Source: Actinomycetota bacterium (lineage in GTDB: Bacteria; Actinomycetota; Acidimicrobiia; Acidimicrobiales; MedAcidi-G1). From it: a DNA stretch of 64,000 nt. The DNA lies in the NCBI GenBank assembly GCA_902634555.1, contig CACPKO010000002.1:1185-65184 (forward strand), written 5' to 3'. This document shows, in pieces, positions 1 through 8,707 of the stretch. Positions within the stretch are counted from its first letter, which is position 1; each line of letters starts with the position of its first letter. The notes beneath the pieces were generated by a model, which was not told the origin of the DNA, did no database searches, and was given only the letters and a program-made list of their open reading frames with translations. The translations under genes were made by a program, and so were the position numbers.

Positions 1-365
1 ACTCGGAGAAATGCGGCTTCAACACTCGGCGAAATAACGTGTTCCCATCTTCCTGCTTCATGATGGGCCTCTGCCCAACTGAGTCCGAGAACGTCTGTAA
101 GGAATCTTTCAGCGAGACGGTGCCGTCTTACAACCTGATTAGCGAGCAATTTCCCATCATCGGTGAGATGTATCTGAGTTCCATGGAAGTAAACAAGATT
201 TGCTTCTCCCATTTTCTTGATCATTTCTGATACCGCAGGCCGTGACACCTGAAGTCGTTCAACTATCCGTGCCTGGATTACGTCTATATCATCTTCTTCT
301 AACTCGAAAATGGTTTCGCAATACTCTTCAAATGCTGGGTGATACTCGGGGCTCTCATATGCCAT
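1..365 (-). CDS. DtxR/IdeR-family metal-dependent transcriptional regulator (3' end runs off window; not in ORF track)
   Basis: Manual translation from ATG at 365: MAYESPEYHPAFEEYCETIFELEED...VSRPAVSEMIKKM...VVRRHRLAERFLTDVLGLSWAEAHHEAGRWEHVIS. HTH plus RRHRLAE and EAxxWEH metal-site motifs of DtxR; TAAGAT -10 six nt upstream. Confidence 0.9.
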   Translation of the reverse strand, partial: MAYESPEYHPAFEEYCETIFELEEDDIDVIQARIVERLQVSRPAVSEMIKKMGEANLVYFHGTQIHLTDDGKLLANQVVRRHRLAERFLTDVLGLSWAEAHHEAGRWEHVISPSVEAAFLR

Positions 366-418
366 GTCTAGATCTTACCTTCAACAAGCGTTGAGGTAAA
401 ACAGCCACTGTTGTATGC

Positions 419-1726
419 CTATTTTAAAGGCTTTTTCCATCCCTGGCCGGCTTGCCAGACTGAAAAGCCTGCATCAACATAGGTTTTGCTGTTCAAAATG
501 TTTCTTGTATCCACAATGATCTTTCCGGCCATCAGTTTGATTAATTCTTCCGAATCTAGATCTACGAATCTTTCCCATTCTGTCATCACTACTAAAGCAT
601 CGGAGTCTTTCACGGCTTCTTCAACTGATTGAACGATTTCTAAACCGTTGAGCGGAGTAGTTGTTACGTGAGGGTCGTATCCAACTATTTTCACTCCTGA
701 GTTCAGAAGCAAAGAAGCTACCTTCAAGGAAGGAGATTCTCGAAGGTCATCGGTTCCTGCTTTGAATGTGAGTCCAAGCATGGCGACCTGGATCTCTTCA
801 TGTCCAATAAACGATTCAGAAATAACTGCAGCTATTTGAGCGAACCGTGTTTCGTTAGATTCGAGAACCGCATTTAAGAGAGTGGCATCAGAGCCCGCTT
901 CAGCAGCAACCGAAATCAGAGCTCGAGTGTCTTTAGGGAAACAGGAACCTCCCCATCCTGGGCCGGGTTGAAGAAAAGCTTCTCCGATTCGTTTATCTAG
1001 TCCTAATCCTCTCAGGACGGTGCTTGCTTCTCCCCCAGTTTTTTCGCATAGTTCTGCAATATTGTTTACAAAAGTTATTCGAGATGCCAGATAAGCGTTT
1101 GACGCGTACTTAATTAGTTCGGCTGAACGGGAATCAGTGCAGACGACAGGAGCGGAAACTTTGCTATACAGTTCTGCTACTTTTTCTCTCGTAGCGAGGG
1201 TGTTTGCTCCGATAATGATTCGATCAGGGTTTTTGAAAGCTGCAACAGCTCGCCCGGCTTGGAGGAACTCAGGATTTGACGCTACCTCTACATCGCTTCG
1301 GTCTATCCATTCTTCGACTTGGACAGAAGTGCCGATCGGAACTGTTGACTTGAGGATCACTATTGATCCAGAGATGAGTGAATCGCTCATTTCTTCGGAT
1401 ACAGAACGAACAACGCTTAGATCTGCAGACCCGTCGTCTTGTGAGGGAGTCGGCACGCAAACAAAAACAAATTGGGCTTGAGAAACTGCTGATTTCAGAT
1501 CGAAGGTGAATGCCAAATGGTTTTCTTCAATTCCTAAGTTGACTAACTCCTCTAACTCAGGTTCGAAAAAAGGAACTTTTCCTTCTTGTAGCGATTCAAG
1601 CCTTTCAAGTGAGGATTCCACCCCGATAACAGAATGTCCGAGGTTAGCGAGACTGGCGGCGGTTGTGAGCCCAACATAACCGCAACCTATGACTGCTATA
1701 TGCGCCTGATCTTCGTTCGCTGCCAT
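419..1726 (-). CDS. ugd: UDP-glucose/GDP-mannose dehydrogenase
   Basis: GCGYVG Rossmann motif, KSTVP, NPEFL, catalytic GWGGSCFPKD, FKAGTDDLRESP. Confidence 0.92.
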   Translation of the reverse strand: MAANEDQAHIAVIGCGYVGLTTAASLANLGHSVIGVESSLERLESLQEGKVPFFEPELEELVNLGIEENHLAFTFDLKSAVSQAQFVFVCVPTPSQDDGSADLSVVRSVSEEMSDSLISGSIVILKSTVPIGTSVQVEEWIDRSDVEVASNPEFLQAGRAVAAFKNPDRIIIGANTLATREKVAELYSKVSAPVVCTDSRSAELIKYASNAYLASRITFVNNIAELCEKTGGEASTVLRGLGLDKRIGEAFLQPGPGWGGSCFPKDTRALISVAAEAGSDATLLNAVLESNETRFAQIAAVISESFIGHEEIQVAMLGLTFKAGTDDLRESPSLKVASLLLNSGVKIVGYDPHVTTTPLNGLEIVQSVEEAVKDSDALVVMTEWERFVDLDSEELIKLMAGKIIVDTRNILNSKTYVDAGFSVWQAGQGWKKPLK

Positions 1727-1752
1727 GGGTACAAAAGGACTGCAAACAGAAT

Positions 1753-2811
1753 TTAGGAAGAGGGGAAACTGACGGTAACAGCACCGGAGTGCTGAAGATT
1801 GACTCGATCACCTACTTTGAAAGTAGGGACCCCCCCAGTTCGGCATCGCAACTCTCCTGCATCCTCAGAAGAAACCACATACAGCGTGTCGTGTCCAAAA
1901 AAGTCGACTCTTTTTATTACTGCTTGAGCTCCATCTACAAGAGTTACTTCTTCGGGCCGTATTAACACATCAACGGGTCCGTGAGCTTGGTGGCAAAGAT
2001 TGATGCTTCCCAGTGTTGTATCAGCAGTTTCTCCTGAAGCCATGCCGCGAATAGTGTTTGCTTCTCCGACAAATCCTGCCACCCATTGATCCGCTGGATG
2101 TTTGTAAACCTCAGATGGGGCGTCTTGTTGAACAACTCGTCCTTCGTTCATGACAGCTACCTGATCTCCTAATGCAAAAGCTTCGTCCTGATCGTGAGTG
2201 ACGAAAACGCTTGTAACGCTCAAAGACCGAAGTAGTTCTGAAACTTCAGCTCGGACTTCAATTCTTAAACTCGTATCTAGGCTTGAAAATGGTTCATCTA
2301 GTAAAAGCACTGAAGGTCGAGGAGCTAAAGCTCGGGCAAGAGCGACTCGTTGTTGTTGCCCTCCGGAGAGAGAGGATGGGAAACGGTCAGCTAGTTCAGG
2401 TATTCCTACCATTTCAAGTAGTTCATGAATTTCGCTTCTTGGTTTCTTTCTATCTGCTCTAGATAAACCAAAAACAGTGTTTTCTAACACGGTAAGGTGA
2501 GGGAAAAGGGCCCAATCTTGGAATACCATTCCGACGTCTCTTTGCTCGGGTGAAGTTTGAAATTTATCTGTTGCGACGGTCTCTCCGCAAAGATTTATTT
2601 CACCAGAATCTATTTTCTGTAGTCCCGCAAGGGTTCTCAGAAGAGTTGTTTTTCCGCATCCACTTGGTCCGAGGACTGCGAGGCATGAACCTTTTGGGGC
2701 TGTTACATCAACGTTTTTGAGGATGCTGGCCGGACCGATGTTCACCGAAAGGTCGCGGACATTTATTCCGATCTCGAAATCTTCCTCTGCTTTGTGTTTG
2801 TTATCGCACAT
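1753..2811 (-). CDS. ABC transporter ATP-binding subunit, Fe3+/polyamine (FbpC/PotA-like) with TOBE domain
   Basis: GPSGCGKTT, LSGGQQQRVALARAL, LLLDEPF, VTHDQDEA. Start moved from 2874 to the ATG at 2811. Confidence 0.85.
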   Translation of the reverse strand: MCDNKHKAEEDFEIGINVRDLSVNIGPASILKNVDVTAPKGSCLAVLGPSGCGKTTLLRTLAGLQKIDSGEINLCGETVATDKFQTSPEQRDVGMVFQDWALFPHLTVLENTVFGLSRADRKKPRSEIHELLEMVGIPELADRFPSSLSGGQQQRVALARALAPRPSVLLLDEPFSSLDTSLRIEVRAEVSELLRSLSVTSVFVTHDQDEAFALGDQVAVMNEGRVVQQDAPSEVYKHPADQWVAGFVGEANTIRGMASGETADTTLGSINLCHQAHGPVDVLIRPEEVTLVDGAQAVIKRVDFFGHDTLYVVSSEDAGELRCRTGGVPTFKVGDRVNLQHSGAVTVSFPSS

Positions 2812-2938
2812 ACGACCTTCTTTACCTTTACAAAATTGTATAGGTAACCAAACATTTATAGTACAGAGTGCCATACAAGAAGAAAAATTTTGATCAGTGT
2901 TGAGTTGACGCTCTCTCTTAGATTTGCGTTATAAATGA

Positions 2939-3151
2939 GTGATGAGTAGTCATAGGCGATGGATAAGAACTTGGGCAAGAACCGTAGGTATGCCTGTAGG
3001 TATAACCGATGATGATAAACCAGAGTTTTTACCAATAACTCAAAGAAGTGTGAAGCGAGCGTTAGCTTTTAGGACCTTTTGGATAGTCATGCATGTCACG
3101 ACGTGTCTTTTTATTATCGCTGCGGCTGGAAGGACTTTAGAATTTTGGTAA
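2939..3151 (+). CDS. Small single-pass membrane protein
   Basis: 70 aa; RTWARTVG...RTFWIVMHVTTCLFIIA pattern with a hydrophobic C-terminal helix. Confidence 0.65.
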   Translation: MMSSHRRWIRTWARTVGMPVGITDDDKPEFLPITQRSVKRALAFRTFWIVMHVTTCLFIIAAAGRTLEFW

Positions 3152-3243
3152 TCAAAACTGAATAAGGGAGGATGAACATGAGCAACCCGCTCATAAACGA
3201 GCATGGAGTAGAAGTCTCCACTCGGCGCATCTTTAATACTGGT

Positions 3244-3927
3244 ATGAGAAAAATCTCTCTAAGTCTTGTTTTCATAATTTTTTCAGCGCTTTTATTTGGG
3301 TGCGGTGACGATCCGGATCAAACGCTTTCGGACCGAATAGAAGGAGTGGAACAAACAGCTGATTCAGGTCAGGAAGCAAATACAACCATTAATTACCTTG
3401 TCGACGTGCTGTATAAAGAAGGACCCTACGGTCTTATGCAAACGGACTCTCTTAACAATCCATCTACAGGTACACCTAATTTTTATCGTTGCTACACAGA
3501 AATCATTGACTTCTACAACGAGTTCATTGACATACTGCGACTGACATCCTCAACCGAAAGTTTTGATGAAATAGGCCAAATATGGACAGAGCATCTAAAT
3601 GATTTTGATCTCCCCGCTGACACAATTTTGGAAGAAATCGGAAGGTATGACCCTCGGAGTTTCTACGGAGATTCAAAGGGCTGGGCAAACAAAAGCAGGA
3701 GGTACAGCCTTGAAAGTTGTGATGATTGGTATCCAGAAGCCGCAGGCACGGTCGTTGTAGATGGGTTTTCTGCATTTGAAACATGCTCAGAGCTAAGTAA
3801 TAGCAATTCGGCAAAACAAGAAAATCTATGCCTAGACGCGGGAGACAAATTTGAAGACGAAATGGTTCGATTCCTTGAACGGGCGAAATTAGCTCTTAAT
3901 CACCACGTTTCAGACACGGTCCAGTAA
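3244..3927 (+). CDS. Hypothetical lipoprotein
   Basis: From ATG 3244: MRK + hydrophobic core + lipobox LLFG-C; acidic mature region with several Cys. Confidence 0.7.
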   Translation: MRKISLSLVFIIFSALLFGCGDDPDQTLSDRIEGVEQTADSGQEANTTINYLVDVLYKEGPYGLMQTDSLNNPSTGTPNFYRCYTEIIDFYNEFIDILRLTSSTESFDEIGQIWTEHLNDFDLPADTILEEIGRYDPRSFYGDSKGWANKSRRYSLESCDDWYPEAAGTVVVDGFSAFETCSELSNSNSAKQENLCLDAGDKFEDEMVRFLERAKLALNHHVSDTVQ

Positions 3928-3995
3928 ACCGCGAGTTATCAACCACCCCTAGAGGGGATTGGCTTCGTTTCCTTTGAATGCCTAGAGTGAATTTC

Positions 3996-4442
3996 ATGAA
4001 AGTCGACGGCATTGAGATCGAACCAGGCGCAGACCTAACAGGCATGAGGCTCGCGGGGGTTGATCTTTCGAACATGGATCTTACGGGAGCGAATCTCACA
4101 AGAGTGGACCTAAGAGATGTTTACCCTACAAATCTGCGAGGCATCAATCTCACGCGAGCGAACCTCACTGAGGCGTACTTTGAGAGTGCAATTATGAATG
4201 GCGCCGTTTTAGAAGAAGCAAACCTCTCGTGGGCAAATTTTGGATTTTCGAGTCTTGTAGGGGCAAATCTCAAAAACGCCAATCTTTTTAGAACATGGCT
4301 AGGAGGAGCGAACCTAGTAGCAGCGGAGTTAGATGGGGCAAACCTCAAGACTGTAGAAGGCCTAGAAGGTGTAGACCTAAGAGGAACATTGTGGGATGAG
4401 TTAACAATCTGGCCCGAAGGCTTCACCCCACCAGACGCATAG
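3996..4442 (+). CDS. Pentapeptide-repeat protein
   Basis: Tandem A(D/N)Lxx repeats (ADLTG, ANLTR, ANLTE, ANLSW, ANLKN, ANLFR); C-terminal WDELTIWPEGF cap; TAGAGT -10 seven nt before ATG 3996. Confidence 0.92.
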   Translation: MKVDGIEIEPGADLTGMRLAGVDLSNMDLTGANLTRVDLRDVYPTNLRGINLTRANLTEAYFESAIMNGAVLEEANLSWANFGFSSLVGANLKNANLFRTWLGGANLVAAELDGANLKTVEGLEGVDLRGTLWDELTIWPEGFTPPDA

Positions 4443-4452
4443 CCGTCTAGGG

Positions 4453-4572
4453 GTGGGCCTCGCTGGAGTTAATCTCACCGGAACATACATATGGGAGCCG
4501 CCCACCAAAGCAAGTCCTAAAAGAGTAATTTGGGATGAGCCAACAGTGCGGCCTGAAGGATTCACTCCATAA
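4453..4572 (+). pseudogene. Internally deleted remnant of a pentapeptide-repeat paralog
   Basis: Reads VGLAGVNLTG...RVIWDEPTVRPEGFTP*, matching LAGVDLSN and GTLWDELTIWPEGFTP of the upstream gene. Confidence 0.65.
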
Positions 4573-4621
4573 ATTTCCCCTCAAGCCCATCCTAAATAAC
4601 GAAGTTTGATACTTTTAACAA

Positions 4622-4987
4622 ATGGAACGTTTCAAAATTTACTTAAGAGTTGCTTTCACTCTTGTAGTAGGTTGGGGTTTCTTTTACTTTGGATTTTGGG
4701 CCGTTACCGGATACTCAAAACTCTTCAGCCACACTGAACAAGAATTAACCTGGCTTGGAGAGGTTGGAAGATTTTTACTCTTTCATGCTATTGGAACAAT
4801 ACCTTTAGGGCTTGTAACCGTTCTAAGCATGGTAGTACTCGGTGAAAAGGGTGTTTCTGGAGTTGATCTTTGGCCAGAAAACAAATCAATAACAGAGTTT
4901 TTTGGCGTGACATTTATGATGGGGATTATCTGCTTTATTTGTGGCCTACTTCTTGGTTGGTGGGGAGGCACCCCCCCTCCACGTTGA
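4622..4987 (+). CDS. Hypothetical membrane protein (about 3 TM)
   Basis: 121 aa with three hydrophobic stretches; TACTTT six nt upstream of ATG. Confidence 0.65.
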   Translation: MERFKIYLRVAFTLVVGWGFFYFGFWAVTGYSKLFSHTEQELTWLGEVGRFLLFHAIGTIPLGLVTVLSMVVLGEKGVSGVDLWPENKSITEFFGVTFMMGIICFICGLLLGWWGGTPPPR

Positions 4988-5044
4988 TCAATTAGACGCC
5001 AGGCAGTTGTAGTCCCTCTATTTCTCTGCAGAGAATTCTGTTAA

Positions 5045-5074
5045 AATGATCTTGCCGACAAGGCAAAGATCATT
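5045..5074. terminator. Hairpin, likely terminator of the tRNA-Val transcript (possibly bidirectional)
   Basis: AATGATCTTGCC-GACAA-GGCAAAGATCATT (one bulge) between convergent units; short T-run on the minus strand. Confidence 0.55.
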
Positions 5075-5132
5075 GAAAACACAGTTTGGCTATCCAAATG
5101 GCTATCCGCCATTAAACAAAACACAAAAAAAC

Positions 5133-5209
5133 TGGTGGGCCGTGAGGGATTTGAACCCCCGACCCCCTGCGCGTCATGCAGGTGCTCTAGCCAACTGAGC
5201 TAACGGCCC
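5133..5209 (-). tRNA. tRNA-Val(GAC)
   Basis: GGGCCGT/ACGGCCC acceptor stem, CCTGC-ATGACGC-GCAGG anticodon arm, GGTTCAAATCC T-arm, encoded CCA. Confidence 0.96.
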
Positions 5210-5237
5210 CGAATGTCAAATGGTAGCAGGTGGCCTT

Positions 5238-5804
5238 TTAAGAGGACACCTGTTCACGTCGTCGTGATCCCCATTCAAGAAAAGATGCCACGATGAGAGC
5301 TCCTCCACCGACGATAATAATTGGCAACCCAACCCCTATCGAATAGCTGTATCCGCTTGTTGGCTCCATGTTTTCAACATCAAAAATTTTGATTATCGCT
5401 AGCACTACATGAATTGCACCGGCAGCGAACAAACAAAGCGTAGTTATGTGACTTTTTACTCCCGAAAGGATTACTCCTGCTGCTAATGCTGCGGCAAGTC
5501 CACTAAATAAGACGATGAGCGCATCAATTGGTTGATCCCAACCTATTTCTCGAATCACGAACTCTCCACGTAGTTCTGTCCAGGGAAGAAATGTTCCGAT
5601 TATTGAGAGAATCGCTGCGAAAGAAACTAGTGCGACAATCCCCCAGCCGATTTTTGCTCTTTCTGGTCGAGGTGACTGTTCAGGTTCTGGCGGCCCTGGG
5701 ATTTCATCTCCGGGGTGAACTGCTTTAATTCCCAGAGGAGGCGTGTGGGGGAATCCAGGTCCGTCTGTTTCTTCTTCAGCCGGATTCTCAGTGGAATCGC
5801 TCAC
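5238..5804 (-). CDS. Hypothetical 4-TM membrane protein with Pro/Glu-rich N-terminus
   Basis: GTG at 5804 preceded by AAAGGA; GTFLPW and SIGVGL motifs and four hydrophobic helices. Confidence 0.7.
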   Translation of the reverse strand: MSDSTENPAEEETDGPGFPHTPPLGIKAVHPGDEIPGPPEPEQSPRPERAKIGWGIVALVSFAAILSIIGTFLPWTELRGEFVIREIGWDQPIDALIVLFSGLAAALAAGVILSGVKSHITTLCLFAAGAIHVVLAIIKIFDVENMEPTSGYSYSIGVGLPIIIVGGGALIVASFLEWGSRRREQVSS

Positions 5805-5856
5805 AGTTTGTCCTTTCTGGTCAACTCTGTTTTGACTATATATCATGATTTAGTTT

Positions 5857-5934
5857 TGGAGCACCGGGCGGGATTTGAACCCGCGACTTTACGGCTTTGC
5901 AGGCCGTTCCCTTGGTCCACTCGGGCACCGATGC
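5857..5934 (-). tRNA. tRNA-Cys(GCA)
   Basis: GCATCGG/CCGGTGC acceptor stem, ACGGC-CTGCAAA-GCCGT anticodon arm, U73 discriminator, CCA. Confidence 0.95.
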
Positions 5935-6033
5935 ACATATCCCTATTAGTAATGAGACATGTTCATCGTATCGGAGTAAATGAAACGTCTCCATCACTTT
6001 CCAAATATCAATAAATAGACCTATGATCCATTT

Positions 6034-6462
6034 ATGACAGATGAAAATTATGAACCAAGTACTTGGGGTTGGGTAGCCGACCATGTTGAACGCTACTTAG
6101 CTCCTGACGGAGAAGGCTTTGACATGCAAGGCGCTCCTTGCATCCTTCTCACCACAACCGGGCGCCGTACTGGCAAAACCCGCATTAGTCCTCTAATCAA
6201 GGTCCATGATGGCAGTAACTACCTCCTTGTGGCTTCAAAAGGCGGGGCACCCAAGAATCCGCTTTGGTACGACAACCTGATTGCCGATCCGAATATCGTT
6301 GTTCAAGATGAGTCGGAAATTCTTGAATGCACGGCACGTGTCGCTACCCCGGAAGAGAAAGCTGAGCTTTGGCCTACAGCTGTTGCGGCTTGGCCAGACT
6401 ATGCCGAATACCAAAAAAACACTGATCGAGACATTCCTCTAATCATCTGTGACCCGCGTTAG
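6034..6462 (+). CDS. Deazaflavin (F420)-dependent nitroreductase family oxidoreductase (Ddn-like)
   Basis: LLTTTGRRTGKTR, VASKGGAPKNPLWYDNL, YAEYQKNTDRDIP motifs. Confidence 0.92.
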   Translation: MTDENYEPSTWGWVADHVERYLAPDGEGFDMQGAPCILLTTTGRRTGKTRISPLIKVHDGSNYLLVASKGGAPKNPLWYDNLIADPNIVVQDESEILECTARVATPEEKAELWPTAVAAWPDYAEYQKNTDRDIPLIICDPR

Positions 6463-6485
6463 TTAAACGCTGAAGCGCCTACTTT

Positions 6486-6926
6486 CTAGAAAAAGCGGGC
6501 GTACTCTATTTTTAGGCATCGATCCATTACGAGTTTCATTCCCGCGTCTAAAACAAGTTTCGCTGCTTGTGGACTCCACAAATCGAATTGTGTCCAAAAG
6601 ACTTGTGCTCCTATATCAACAGATTCTTGTGCTACGCCAGGAACATCTTCTAATTTTCGGAATACATCTACAAGATCTGGCACTACCGGCAAATCAGACA
6701 AAGACGGGAAGCTTGGTTGCCCCAGGACCTCTGTTGTAGTTGGGTTAACAAAATAGATTTCATAATTTGTTGCATTTTCACAGAGGTATTGAGCTACCTC
6801 GTTTGAGGGACGCCCAGGGTTTGTAGACACTCCGACAATGGCCACAGACCGGACAGTGCGCAAGATTTCTTCACATTCTTCGTTTGTTGGAGGCGACCAG
6901 CCTTCAATAGTTTCTTGTTCGCTCAT
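6486..6926 (-). CDS. CoA-binding protein (YccU-like)
   Basis: VAIVGVS...RPS, VNP, DLVDVFR, FWTQ, VMDRCLKIE; TAGAAT seven nt before ATG 6926. Confidence 0.88.
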   Translation of the reverse strand: MSEQETIEGWSPPTNEECEEILRTVRSVAIVGVSTNPGRPSNEVAQYLCENATNYEIYFVNPTTTEVLGQPSFPSLSDLPVVPDLVDVFRKLEDVPGVAQESVDIGAQVFWTQFDLWSPQAAKLVLDAGMKLVMDRCLKIEYARFF

Positions 6927-7060
6927 AAGTTTCATTCTATGAGAGAACATGTATTGATCAATTACCTAATTTTTGGATAATTACCCCCTATTTTCGTGGT
7001 TTCACTAATAAACCAAGCGGTAACTTTGCGCTATTTTAATTACCGGTCTATGCTGTGTGC

Positions 7061-8707
7061 ATGCCACGTTCATTACTCGCCCCACCTCTTCCCTCCTCTT
7101 TTGATATCGGCAGCGAAAGATACGAACAAAACCGATCCGACACCCTTGAACAACTCGAAGTGATCGACGGCCTACTGGCAGAAGCCGAAGCCGGAGGCGG
7201 ACCAGAAGCCATGGATCGTCTCCGCTCTCGCGGAAAAATGCCTATTAGAGAACGCATCGCCCACGCCTTAGACCCTGATAGCCCATTCCTGGAAATAAGC
7301 ACACTCGCTGGATACAACTCTGACTATGCCGTCGGAGGAGGAATGGTTCTCGGCATCGGAGTTATCGCCGGAACAGAATGCGTAATACTCGGCAACGACC
7401 CTTCAGTATTAGCTGGAGCCCTAACCCCCTACGCCGGTAAAAAATGGATGCGAGCAATTGAAATCGCTCGAGACAACCACATGCCCTACGTCAGTTTTGT
7501 GGAATCAGCCGGAGCAGACCTACGTGTACGAACCGGCGGAGGCGAGAAAAAAACAAGAGTACAGACCGACCATTTCGCAGAATCCGGACGATTCTTTTAT
7601 GAAATGATCGAGTTATCAAAATTAGGCATACCAACAGTATGTGTAACTTTTGGTTCAGCGACAGCGGGTGGCGCTTATCAACCCGGCATGTCTGACTACA
7701 ACATATTCATCAAAGAACAATCTCAGGTCTTTCTCGGTGGGCCACCTTTAGTAAAAATGGCTACTGGCGAAATCGCTGACGCTGAAACCATTGGCGGCGG
7801 ACAGATGCATGCTGAAAAATCCGGTTTAGCCGATTACCTCGCAGAAGACGAGATGGATGCCATACGCATGTGTAGAGAAGTGGTATCTCACCTTGATTGG
7901 AATAAAGCAGGCCCTGACCCGAGTTACACCATCGAACCTCCTGCCCATGATCCAGAGGAACTTCTCGGGTTGGTGAGCCGAGACCTTCGACAACCTTTAG
8001 ATATCCGTGCAGTAATCGCTCGAACAGTTGACGGCTCAAGGTTTGAAGAATTCAAACCCCGATACGGAACCACTATGGTTTGTGGCTGGTCAACGATTCA
8101 TGGCTACCCAGTGGGTGTTTTGGGCAACAATGGAGTGATTCATCCAGAAGCCGCAGAAAAAGCAGCCCATTTCATCCAACTATGCAACCGAGAAGACATC
8201 CCCATTCTTTTCTTGCAAAACATCACTGGATTCATGATTGGAAGCGAATCAGAACGAGCCGGAATCATCAAAAAAGGTTCCCAAATGATCAACGCCGTGA
8301 CTAACTCGACCGTGCCACACATAACCGTCATAGTTGGATCTTCATACGGGGCCGGAACCTACGGAATGTCGGGACGAGCTTACGGCAATAGATTCACTTT
8401 TCTTTGGCCTACCGCGAAGATTGCCGTTATGGGCGGCAAGCAAATAGCGGGGGTAATGTCTGAGGTTCGTCGAGGCCAAGCAGCCCGAAAAGGTGAAGAA
8501 TTCGACGAAGAAGCCGACGCAGAAATACGTGATGCCGTTGAAGCGATACAAGAAAAAGGGTCGCTTGCCTTAGTCGCCACTGGAGCGATAAGCGATGACG
8601 GAATCATTGATCCGCGAGATACACGAACCGTTGTGGGGCTCTGTCTTTCAGTGGTGAGAAATAAACCTATTGAAGGAGCCAGAAAGTATGGGGTGTTCAG
8701 ATTATGA
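7061..8707 (+). CDS. Acyl-CoA carboxylase carboxyltransferase (beta) subunit, AtuC/AccD2-like
   Basis: GSATAGGAYQPGMSD, FLGGPPLVKMATGE, FLQNITGFMIG, GAGTYGMSGR, DDGIIDPRDTR. Confidence 0.92.
   Translation: MPRSLLAPPLPSSFDIGSERYEQNRSDTLEQLEVIDGLLAEAEAGGGPEAMDRLRSRGKMPIRERIAHALDPDSPFLEISTLAGYNSDYAVGGGMVLGIGVIAGTECVILGNDPSVLAGALTPYAGKKWMRAIEIARDNHMPYVSFVESAGADLRVRTGGGEKKTRVQTDHFAESGRFFYEMIELSKLGIPTVCVTFGSATAGGAYQPGMSDYNIFIKEQSQVFLGGPPLVKMATGEIADAETIGGGQMHAEKSGLADYLAEDEMDAIRMCREVVSHLDWNKAGPDPSYTIEPPAHDPEELLGLVSRDLRQPLDIRAVIARTVDGSRFEEFKPRYGTTMVCGWSTIHGYPVGVLGNNGVIHPEAAEKAAHFIQLCNREDIPILFLQNITGFMIGSESERAGIIKKGSQMINAVTNSTVPHITVIVGSSYGAGTYGMSGRAYGNRFTFLWPTAKIAVMGGKQIAGVMSEVRRGQAARKGEEFDEEADAEIRDAVEAIQEKGSLALVATGAISDDGIIDPRDTRTVVGLCLSVVRNKPIEGARKYGVFRL

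Noticed and set aside
4375-4572. DGR template/variable repeat pair at the pentapeptide gene
   Set aside because: Differences are not adenine-specific, identity is low, and no reverse transcriptase is in the window; a decayed paralog explains it.
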